This document shows positions 9,818-18,240 of a DNA stretch of 64,000 nucleotides, piece by piece. The translations under genes were made by a program, and so were the position numbers. Origin of the DNA: Sedimentisphaerales bacterium (GTDB lineage Bacteria; Planctomycetota; Phycisphaerae; Sedimentisphaerales; Anaerobacaceae); contig JAXGYC010000007.1 of the NCBI GenBank assembly GCA_040772485.1, forward strand, positions 128,001 through 192,000. Reading direction: 5' to 3'. Position 1 is the stretch's first letter. Each line of letters starts with the position of its first letter. The notes beneath the pieces were generated by a model that saw only the letters and a list, made by a program, of their open reading frames with translations, was not told where the DNA came from and did not search any database.

Positions 9818-11241
9818 ATGGCCTCCTCTGGGTGAACAAACGCAACCTGTCGTTGGGGAATGGCCACCGGTGTGTCCCAGACGTAATCAACCCGCAGTGC
9901 TTCCTGCGAACGCTTCTCCTCGACATACACGCGCAACGTGAGAAGCATGGCCGCCCACATGGTCATGGTGCTGGCCGTTGGGTAGAAGTATTGCGATCCG
10001 ATCCCCGCGAATAACTGAGCTAGCATCAGAGCCAGTGACAGGCCACCGACGGCGGCATATAGACAGTTATTGCTTCGAAACAGGCGAGCCGAGCGGAAAA
10101 GCATAATACCCCAGAACACGAAGATCGGGATCGAGCCGAGGATGCCGTTGTCCAGCAACGTCTGGAGATACATATTGTGGGGATGAGGAAAAGCCTCTGA
10201 CTCTCCGTATGTCTGCCCAAGATAGTCTGTCAAGCCGGTGCGATTCATCGCCAGACGTCCGTGACCGATGATGGGTGATTCGCTTATCTTGTCAATGACA
10301 TGAGGCCAGATCTGCATCCTGCCTGAGGTCACCTCAAAATCATCAACTGTCGTTTCTCCGCTTACGTCCGTCTGTCCGAACCCTTGGAGCATTCTTTCCG
10401 CTGTTCCAGGAAAGATCATCGGCAGGACGATCAGCACGACTGGCGTCAGCAACAGATACCTGCGCCACTTCAGCAGACATAACATCAGACCCGTAGCCCC
10501 CCAAGCCACATATCCGGCCCGACCGCCCGTCAGCGCCTGGCCAAAGGCGATCACACCGGCTGCCACCAAGACGGCCAGTATGTGCTTCTTTTTCCGTAGT
10601 AGCGGCAACGCCGCCAGCATCCCCCAACTGGCGCCAGCTAGCATAGCGGAAAAGTTGGGGGCGCTATAGCCGATACGCAGGCATGCCTTTAGTCGCGTAT
10701 AGTGGATTCGCCCATTGTCACCACCCAGCGCCGATTCGAGCGGTATATTCTTGAATACCTGCACTGAAAGCAGCAGATACACGGCACAAATACAGACCAA
10801 GGCAAGAACGACCTGCTTGCGGCTCCGGCAGCCGTCGAAGAGCAGGATAGCAGGGAATACCCATTTGACTGTGTTGATCAATTCCTCAGTGATCAGGTCT
10901 TTCAGAGAATACCACTCAATGTAACTGCGGTCGAGGACGGCGCGGAGCACGCCGACAACGATAACACCCAGATACAGCAGGAGGGTCATAGTCATACGTC
11001 GGGGCATGTCCCACACAAGTCTGTCGCTTCGCCGCTTGGCTATCCAGGCGAGGAAGATTATAAGAAACAAAACGTTCCACGGGTTGAGCCCCGGGATGCC
11101 AAACAAGCTTCTGGGCATATTCCGGTTCTCGATGAAGGCCATCAGCAGGATCAGGCCGCAAAGGCTCTTGAACCAGTCCTTCCATGCGTATAAAGAAAGG
11201 CCGGTCACAACCACGTACAGGGCTATATGGCGAATAGTCAT
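9808..11241 (-). CDS. O-antigen ligase/Wzy-type polymerase family membrane protein
   Basis: Multi-TM; LTGGRAG, TSGRMQIW, PIIGHG, HPHNMYLQ (Wzy_C motifs). Confidence 0.85.
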   Translation of the reverse strand: MTIRHIALYVVVTGLSLYAWKDWFKSLCGLILLMAFIENRNMPRSLFGIPGLNPWNVLFLIIFLAWIAKRRSDRLVWDMPRRMTMTLLLYLGVIVVGVLRAVLDRSYIEWYSLKDLITEELINTVKWVFPAILLFDGCRSRKQVVLALVCICAVYLLLSVQVFKNIPLESALGGDNGRIHYTRLKACLRIGYSAPNFSAMLAGASWGMLAALPLLRKKKHILAVLVAAGVIAFGQALTGGRAGYVAWGATGLMLCLLKWRRYLLLTPVVLIVLPMIFPGTAERMLQGFGQTDVSGETTVDDFEVTSGRMQIWPHVIDKISESPIIGHGRLAMNRTGLTDYLGQTYGESEAFPHPHNMYLQTLLDNGILGSIPIFVFWGIMLFRSARLFRSNNCLYAAVGGLSLALMLAQLFAGIGSQYFYPTASTMTMWAAMLLTLRVYVEEKRSQEALRVDYVWDTPVAIPQRQVAFVHPEEAIWQ

Positions 11242-11314
11242 CGATCAGCGTTCGTAGAACAGGACTCTGTGTGGCAGCGCGTCCAGATCGGACTGGCGGG
11301 AGGCCGCTTGTATT

Positions 11315-11382
11315 GAAACTCGAAGCACGAAACGACAAATCCGAAACAAATCGCAACAACTCAAACGCAAATCTCTCAAAAC
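11315..11382. repeat. Degenerate 7-bp-period repeat tract
   Basis: GAAACTC GAAGCAC GAAACGA CAAATCC GAAACAA AT...; purine/A-skewed, intergenic between wzc and wzy. Confidence 0.6.
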
Positions 11383-11490
11383 GCTCTGCTCAGAAGGCCG
11401 TTCAGAATCTCGGATCGGACGCGAATGAACGCAGTGCCGCAATGCGCTGCGAGAGAGTGCTGCTGCCTGGGTACGTTTCGATCATGGCGG

Positions 11491-13938
11491 TCAGGATTCG
11501 CGTTTTTTGGCGTAGCTGCCGTATTTGTAGCCGTAGCCGTAGCCGTGGCGTTCGAGGGAGCCGACGAAGACGGTGCCGAGCATGGTTCCGCCGGCCGAGT
11601 GCAGGCGGGCCATGGCGCTGAGGACGTGGGTGCGATGCGAGACCTGCTCGCGCTCCACGAGGATTGTGCCGTCGACCTGTCCGGCCAGGATCGTGGCGTC
11701 CGCCACGGGCAGGATCGGCGAGGCGTCGAGCAGGATCACGTCGTACTGACAGTGCTTGCGCACCCGGCCGATGCACGACTTAAAGGCGCCGTTGGCAATC
11801 TCATCGTAGGTGGTGTCGTTGCTGTTGCGGTTTCCCGCCGGCATGATGTCCAGCCCCGGCGTCTGCGTCGGGTAGATCGGCAGCTTCGCCATCGTCTTGT
11901 CCCGGAGCGACTCCACGAAGCCCGGCTGCGCGGCCAGTTCGAATCGCTTCGACAGAGTCACCTTGTGGAAGTCCGTGTCGATCATGAGGACCTTCTTGCC
12001 GGCCTGGGCCAGGCTGCGACCCAGGACCATCGTGAAGCTCGATTTGCCCGTTCCTTCATTGGCGCTGGTCACCAGCACGGTGGCGCCGGCGCGTCCGCCG
12101 AGCCGGGTAAGAAGGGCCGTGCGCAGGACGCGAATCGCTTCGACCAACAGGAACTGATTCTGTTCGAGTTCATCGGCCAGCGCCTTGCCCGGCGCTCTGG
12201 TGGCGTTGACCAGAGGCACATGCCCGAGGAACGGGACCTGCACCGGCTGAGGCATGTCCTTGACCGCATGGATCGTCTGGCTCCGGCTGGCCCGCAGAAA
12301 CGCCACACCGCCGCCCAAGCCGAGGCCCATGAACAGGGCCATCGCCGTGAACACCACCCGCCGGTCCTTCTCCGGTTTCGAAGGAGAAAACGCGGCTGTC
12401 AGCACCTCGATGGAGCCGGCGACGTTCCGCTCCATGTCTTTCTGGTCAATCCGGAGCTGGACCGCACTCAGCAGTTCGCGCGTGCGCTGCAACTCCAGAT
12501 TCGCCTTCGTAAGCCGCTGGGCGTCGTTGAACAGTTTCTCGAACGCCTCTTCTTGCGGCTTCAGGTCTTCCAGGAGCAGCTTCTCTTCCTGCCTGGCGCG
12601 CGCCAGGCGGTATTCGATGACCCTTCTGGCTTCCTCGCCGCTGAGCTGGCCGGCCGCGCTGCCCGCAACGGAGGCCGCCAGCCCATTCTCCGGCCGGCTT
12701 TGCCAGAGCTCATTCAGTTGTGTTTCCCGCTCTTTCAGAAGAGTCCTGGCGAACTCGATGTCGTTCTGCAGCTTGAGCTTGTTCGGATGCTTGGGCCCAT
12801 AGAGACTGTTGTCAAGCTGGTGCTCGAGTGTCCGAATCTGGATGTCCAGGCGGCGCCACTCGGGGTCCTCGTGATACGCCCGCAGCCGCTCCGCTTCGCT
12901 GCCGGAGTCCACCGTCGCATCGTTGCCGTCTGCGACGAGGGTCTGTTCGAGCTCCCATTGGAGAATGGCGATATTCTGCCGCAGCGTGCTCAGACGAACC
13001 TGGAGTTCGTCGAGCTGCATTCTCTTGCTGGCGACCAGCTCTTCGGGCGCACCGGTTCCGAGGGACTTGCGCAGGGTCGCCAGTTCCGTCTCTTTGCCGG
13101 CGATCTCGCTGGTCAGGGCGGCCTTCTGTAGCGCGAGCTTCTGAAAAATATCATCCTGCGTCGCGTCCGATCGGAGGGCAGTGTACATGATATACTGCTC
13201 AAGGACCGCATCGACGATCATCTTGGCCTCTTTGCTGCTGGGGTTTATGAAGGACACGTCGATGATCTCGGTTCGAGGACGAGGACGGACCGACAGGCTG
13301 TCCCGCAAACGTTCCATCGGAGGAATCTGATTGGCGCTGAGCCGTTCCAGGAACGTACGCGGCGTGTTCTGATACCACTGCGTGTCCTGGATGGCCTTCT
13401 GATCCAGGACGCGCTGCAGAACCGTGGGACTGCGCATCAGGGAGACCTGCGTGTTGACGAACGAGTCGTACAGAGGAATCATACCGTTATCCTCTGTCTT
13501 GAAAACCAGATGAGGGATGATCGGGCGGACTCGCACCTCGGCCCGGGCCTGGTATTGGGGAACGATCTGGGTCCAGATCAGGGCGATCACCGGCGCCGCC
13601 ACAAGGATGGAAATCAGGACAATCGTCCATTTGAATCGAAGGACCGAGGCCAGCAGCTCCGTGGGCGCCGCCGCCGAGCCGGCCGGAGCAACACCCCACG
13701 GGTGCTCCGGCACGACCGGGACACCCCCCGCGGCACCGGGCATTGCTGGCCGCCGGCTGACTTGGGCCGGCTGGATGGCGTCAGGGGCCGACGCATCGGA
13801 CATCAGAACATCCACCACGCGACTGATCTTCGTTCGCCCGTCCGGGCGACCGGGAAGGTCCTTGTCGTTGCGTGCGATCGGATCCAAAGGACGCTGGATT
13901 TCTCGCCCCATCGGGTCGTTCGGTTGGTCCAGGCTCAT
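11491..13938 (-). CDS. wzc: Wzc-type polysaccharide co-polymerase / BY tyrosine kinase (copy 1)
   Basis: Two TM segments flanking a coiled coil, Walker A SANEGTGKSS, IDTDF, ILLDASP, C-terminal Tyr cluster GYGYGYKYGSY; start MSLDQP. Confidence 0.9.
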   Translation of the reverse strand: MSLDQPNDPMGREIQRPLDPIARNDKDLPGRPDGRTKISRVVDVLMSDASAPDAIQPAQVSRRPAMPGAAGGVPVVPEHPWGVAPAGSAAAPTELLASVLRFKWTIVLISILVAAPVIALIWTQIVPQYQARAEVRVRPIIPHLVFKTEDNGMIPLYDSFVNTQVSLMRSPTVLQRVLDQKAIQDTQWYQNTPRTFLERLSANQIPPMERLRDSLSVRPRPRTEIIDVSFINPSSKEAKMIVDAVLEQYIMYTALRSDATQDDIFQKLALQKAALTSEIAGKETELATLRKSLGTGAPEELVASKRMQLDELQVRLSTLRQNIAILQWELEQTLVADGNDATVDSGSEAERLRAYHEDPEWRRLDIQIRTLEHQLDNSLYGPKHPNKLKLQNDIEFARTLLKERETQLNELWQSRPENGLAASVAGSAAGQLSGEEARRVIEYRLARARQEEKLLLEDLKPQEEAFEKLFNDAQRLTKANLELQRTRELLSAVQLRIDQKDMERNVAGSIEVLTAAFSPSKPEKDRRVVFTAMALFMGLGLGGGVAFLRASRSQTIHAVKDMPQPVQVPFLGHVPLVNATRAPGKALADELEQNQFLLVEAIRVLRTALLTRLGGRAGATVLVTSANEGTGKSSFTMVLGRSLAQAGKKVLMIDTDFHKVTLSKRFELAAQPGFVESLRDKTMAKLPIYPTQTPGLDIMPAGNRNSNDTTYDEIANGAFKSCIGRVRKHCQYDVILLDASPILPVADATILAGQVDGTILVEREQVSHRTHVLSAMARLHSAGGTMLGTVFVGSLERHGYGYGYKYGSYAKKRES

Positions 13939-14570
13939 GTTTGCACCACCCTGAGTTCTTCGCTCATTTCCATTCGTTTCCTGCCATCGCCGCTGCAAGC
14001 AGCTCGCCGGCGCGGACTCCGTCCTCGTCGGCTGCGCCGAGAGGCACCTGGCAATGCGCCCTGGTCGCGACGTACACACGCCGGCAAGAACGCGATCCGC
14101 CAAGCACTCAGAGCACTCCCTGCCCCACGCATCCGTGCATTTTCCTGGGAAATGCCTCCGTCCGAGAAGCCGTCCCGGCACTTCTTCCCCATCCCTGCGG
14201 TACTCAAGCACCTATAATGTGAGCTGTTGCCACACCCGTCAAGCGTCGATCGCATCAATTGCCGTTCGTCCGACGGAGCCAGAACCTCTCGGCCCACGGG
14301 CGTGTCGTTCGCGCACGCTTCGACAGACCGTCGAATCGGTGCCTTCGACCCAGCACCTAATTCGTCATTTTTGGCTGGCGACTTCTCAAAAGGTGGCTGA
14401 TTTTGCATGATCTCTGGGACTTCACAGGGTTCGCACAGAACCAGATCCTGTGGCATGATCGTCCGGGAACACGCCACGCAACAGTGGCAGCGAGTCCCTC
14501 CGTCTCCCCGGCCGGTCCGCGTAGGCCCCGACGGGAGACTTCTTCCCCTTGGCAGGACAACCTGGTGAAC

Positions 14571-15386
14571 CTATTGCCGGACGGGCCGCATCGTCCACTG
14601 GCTGGCGTCAATGGACCCCAGCAGTTTTTTGGACACTACGCGCAGCATGAATGGCACGTACACGGTCTGTCTTCTGAACCTCTTGTGAGGCTCCGTCAGG
14701 AGCTGGAAGAGCCATTCGGTCCCCGTTCGGCGGAAGATCCCGGGCGCTCGGCGAATCCTCCCCGAAACGACGTCGAAACTCCCTCCCACTCCCATGCAGA
14801 AAGGCGCATCGATCAGTTCCCGATGCTTCGCGATCCAGTACTCCTGGGTCGGCGACCCCATGGCAACGAAGACCAGGTCCGCCCCGCTGGCATTGATCTG
14901 TTCCACAACCTGAGCCGAGTCAGTGAAGTATCCGTCTTGATGACCGACAATCCTCAGATCGGGATAGGTCTGCTGGAGCCTGGCACAGGCGCCGGCGTTC
15001 GATTCGGCCGAGGCGCCAAGCATGAAGACACCCCATCCCTTCTTGGCGGCGTACGGCAGCACCTTCAAGAACAGGTCGCACCCCGTACACCGTTTGATTG
15101 CCTGGCCGTGGAGGATGCGAGCCGCAAGCGATACGCCCACGCCGTCGCAGATGCCGACATCGGCTCGATTCAACAGGTCCAACAGGTTGCTCTCGTGCCA
15201 GGCACGAAAGCACTTCTGAGGGTTGATCGCCACCCAGAAGGTCTTCTCTCGAACCTCTACCGTGGCTTCAATACAGGCGAGAGCCTGATCGTATGACTCA
15301 AACGGAACAACGGGAACGCCGGCAACATTAACCGCTCTGGGAATGCACTGCGTCCGTGACGACACATCACCCTCGGCTATCAACAT
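14571..15386 (-). CDS. WecB/TagA/CpsF family glycosyltransferase (GT26, copy 1)
   Basis: AINPQK, ICDGVGV, VAMGSPTQE, GVGGSFDV, RAP, EWLFQL; GGAGG RBS. Confidence 0.92.
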   Translation of the reverse strand: MLIAEGDVSSRTQCIPRAVNVAGVPVVPFESYDQALACIEATVEVREKTFWVAINPQKCFRAWHESNLLDLLNRADVGICDGVGVSLAARILHGQAIKRCTGCDLFLKVLPYAAKKGWGVFMLGASAESNAGACARLQQTYPDLRIVGHQDGYFTDSAQVVEQINASGADLVFVAMGSPTQEYWIAKHRELIDAPFCMGVGGSFDVVSGRIRRAPGIFRRTGTEWLFQLLTEPHKRFRRQTVYVPFMLRVVSKKLLGSIDASQWTMRPVRQ

Positions 15387-15769
15387 AACGACTCTCCTCC
15401 CTTCACAGCACGCCACCTCAGATCAGGGCGCGGTTACTTTCGGCGAGTCCGTTTGCCCGCTCCGGCAGTCTGTCCCTGCACGATCGACACATTCGTGCCC
15501 GCCGGACGCATCACCTGCGCCCATGCTCGCATCCATGCCCGTCGTGAAGAAGCCCTCCTCCATCAGGAGTCTCTCTCACCATGCCTCCATGCCGTCCGCC
15601 TGCGCCAACCAGCTTAAGGCGCGGCGTAATCTTCACCCTCCACACTCATTGCGCACGAGGCCATCTCAGGCAAATTACTCCTCCACAGCGTGTCTCGACC
15701 ACCCTGCACGGGGAGCCCAGGACACCTGCCTCTCAGAACCATATGATCAACCTGCCTATCTATACACAT

Positions 15770-15816
15770 ATTATATTAACGCCGTCAACCCCATTCAACT
15801 ACGTATTACTGCGTAT
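15770..15816 (-). promoter_or_regulatory. Sigma70-like promoter of block B with upstream direct repeat
   Basis: Minus strand TTGAAT(15798-15793)-N17-TATAAT(15775-15770); plus-strand TACGTAT-tac-TGCGTAT at 15800-15816. Confidence 0.6.
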
Positions 15817-16134
15817 TTTTGCCCATGTTCACACGGGCCCGCCCAACCATTCTCGCCCTCCCATAATAACGTTCTTGGCGGCACGCGCCACACAGGGGGC
15901 ACCGACAAGGCCAGATCGTACCGGGTGGCGGCACGCCCCTCGGATTTCACATCATTTCTTCGCCGCGGCTACCCCTTTCGGCATAGATCGAAGGGAATAT
16001 GGAGAGGTGTTCTGTGTCCGCCTGGCCATCTGACAGCGGTTCCGGCCGGAAAATGCTGGAGACGGATCGCGTCCTGTAGTATCATGCCTGGCACAGGGAA
16101 CTCGACCGAGCGGACTGGCGGAGGAAAGACTACC

Positions 16135-17949
16135 ATGCTCAAAGACGTCAAGGCGGTGTTGGCCAAGTACTGGGGCCATGAGGACTTCCTGCCCCTCCAG
16201 CAGCAGGCCATCGAAAGTGTGCTTCGCGGCAGGGACTCGATCGTCGTCCTGCCGACCGGAGGGGGAAAATCCCTCTGTTTCCAGGCCCCCGCCGTTCTTC
16301 TGCCCGGCCTGACCATCGTCGTATCGCCGCTGATTGCCCTGATGAAGGACCAGGTCGACGCCCTGACCGAATGCGGCGTGCCCGCGGGGCGGATGGACAG
16401 CTCGCTATCGGCTGACCAGCACAAAGCGGTCATGGCCGCTGTCCGGAACAAGAAGCTCAGGCTGCTGTACGTCTCGCCGGAACGTCTGCTTTCAGAAGGC
16501 TTTATCGCCTTCCTCAACCGCACGGAGGTGTCGTTCGTCGCGGTCGATGAGGCCCATTGTGTCAGCATGTGGGGCCATGACTTCCGGCCGGAATACCGCC
16601 AGCTCGGGACCCTCAAGAAGTTCTTCCCACGCGTTCCCATTGGCGCATACACCGCCACCGCGACCGCGCGCGTCCGGGCCGATATCTGCGAACAGCTCCA
16701 TTTGAAGGATCCCGAGTCCATCGTCGGCTCGTTCGACCGGCCGAATCTCGTCTACCGGGTCCTGGCGCGTACCGATAGAATCCGGCAGACCTGCCAGGTC
16801 CTGAACCGGCACAACGGCGAATCCGGCATCATCTATTGCATCCGACGCAAAGACGTCGAGAGCCTCTGTGCTGAGTTGGTCGCCAGAGGATACAAGGCGG
16901 CGCCCTATCACGCCGGCATGAGCGCCGAGGGCCGCAAGGCCAATCAGGAGGCCTTCGTCAAAGAGAAGATCGACACGATCGTGGCGACCATCGCCTTCGG
17001 CATGGGCATCGACAAATCCAATGTCCGGTACGTTGTGCACACGGGAATGCCCAAGTCGCTCGAACACTACCAGCAGGAAAGCGGACGGGCCGGCCGGGAT
17101 GGCCTGGAAGCCGAATGTACCCTGTTCTATGGCGCCGCGGACTACGGCGTCTGGAAGAGCCTGATGAGCGAGATGGAACCTCAGGTGCGGCAGATCGCCC
17201 TGGACAAGCTCGGCGAGATGTACAACTACTGCACGGGAGGACTCTGCCGCCACAGGGCGCTTCTGCGCTATTTCGGCCAGGACCTGGACAAGGGCGACTG
17301 CGCCGTCTGCGACGTGTGCCTGGGCGAGTTGGACTGCATGGAAGACTCGCTGGTCATCGCTCAGAAGATCCTGTCGTGCATCCTCCGCCTGCGCGAGCGG
17401 TATGGGGGCAGCTACACGGCCCTGGTGTTGGTGGGCTCGCGCGATCAGCGTATCGCGGAGAATCATCACGACACGCTGACGACCTATGGCCTGCTGAGCG
17501 AGCATCGCGGACACACCGTCCACGACTGGATCGAACAGCTGGCGGGCCAGGGGTGTATCAATAAAGTGGGGGAATACAGCGTGTTGACGGTCACGGAGAA
17601 AGGCAGGCGTGTGCTCAAGGGGCTGGAGCGGCCGCGGCTTCTCAAGCCCGCGACGAAGCCGGCCAAGCAAGCCCGTGTCGCGGGAGAGAGCTGGGAAGGT
17701 GTGGATAGGGGACTGTTCGAAGAACTGCGCCGGTTGCGGACGAAGATTGCGGACGAGAAGAAGGTCCCGGCCTATATCGTCTTTGGAGACAAGACGTTAC
17801 GAGAAATGGCAAGAAGAAGACCATCGACGGACGAGGGGTTGCTGTCCGTCAAGGGGGTGGGAGACAAGAAACGCCAGCAGTTCGGCAAGGCCCTGTTGGC
17901 TACGATTCGCCAGTACTGTGCGGCGAATTCTGTGAAGATGGGTGGTTGA
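16135..17949 (+). CDS. recQ: ATP-dependent DNA helicase RecQ
   Basis: PTGGGKSLCFQ, DEAHCVSMWGHDFRPEY, QESGRAGRDG, Zn-binding CRH...CAVCDVC, C-terminal HRDC (VPAYIVFGDKTL); start MLKDVK after GGAGG. Confidence 0.96.
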   Translation: MLKDVKAVLAKYWGHEDFLPLQQQAIESVLRGRDSIVVLPTGGGKSLCFQAPAVLLPGLTIVVSPLIALMKDQVDALTECGVPAGRMDSSLSADQHKAVMAAVRNKKLRLLYVSPERLLSEGFIAFLNRTEVSFVAVDEAHCVSMWGHDFRPEYRQLGTLKKFFPRVPIGAYTATATARVRADICEQLHLKDPESIVGSFDRPNLVYRVLARTDRIRQTCQVLNRHNGESGIIYCIRRKDVESLCAELVARGYKAAPYHAGMSAEGRKANQEAFVKEKIDTIVATIAFGMGIDKSNVRYVVHTGMPKSLEHYQQESGRAGRDGLEAECTLFYGAADYGVWKSLMSEMEPQVRQIALDKLGEMYNYCTGGLCRHRALLRYFGQDLDKGDCAVCDVCLGELDCMEDSLVIAQKILSCILRLRERYGGSYTALVLVGSRDQRIAENHHDTLTTYGLLSEHRGHTVHDWIEQLAGQGCINKVGEYSVLTVTEKGRRVLKGLERPRLLKPATKPAKQARVAGESWEGVDRGLFEELRRLRTKIADEKKVPAYIVFGDKTLREMARRRPSTDEGLLSVKGVGDKKRQQFGKALLATIRQYCAANSVKMGG

Positions 17950-17958
17950 GCCAAGCCC

Positions 17959-17988
17959 AAAAAAGGGAGGACCGTGAGCGGTCCTCCC
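17959..17988 (-). terminator. Intrinsic terminator between convergent recQ and block A
   Basis: Perfect 10-bp stem GGGAGGACCG-tgag-CGGTCCTCCC with an A6 tract on the left (U-tract on the minus strand). Confidence 0.75.
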
Positions 17989-18240
17989 CACGGTCCCGCG
18001 GGACGGCGGGCAGCAAACGCTGGAACTTCGTGAAAGGACCGTGCTGCCCCCCGCGGGACGCGCTGCCTGGCGTTATGGTTTGTTGTGTGGGTGCCGCCTG
18101 AGGCGGCGACTTGTATCCTGGGGGAGCGATCTGCCTCGCTGCTACATGATGCGGGCTGGAAGTGGGACTGATCGGCGAACACCGAGGCCGACACGTAGTC
18201 GCCGGCCTTCGCGGATTACGCCGTGAGATGGGGATTTTTG

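Noticed and set aside
13939..14211. N-terminal extensions of wzc1 (and of wzc2 to 48095, the ligase to 24631, wza to 49405)
   Set aside because: Upstream open-frame artefacts; better starts with RBS or coupling lie downstream, and some extensions overlap other genes
15343..16134. Apparent 264-aa N-terminal extension of RecQ
   Set aside because: Not protein-like, spans the divergent promoter region, and an RBS precedes the ATG at 16135
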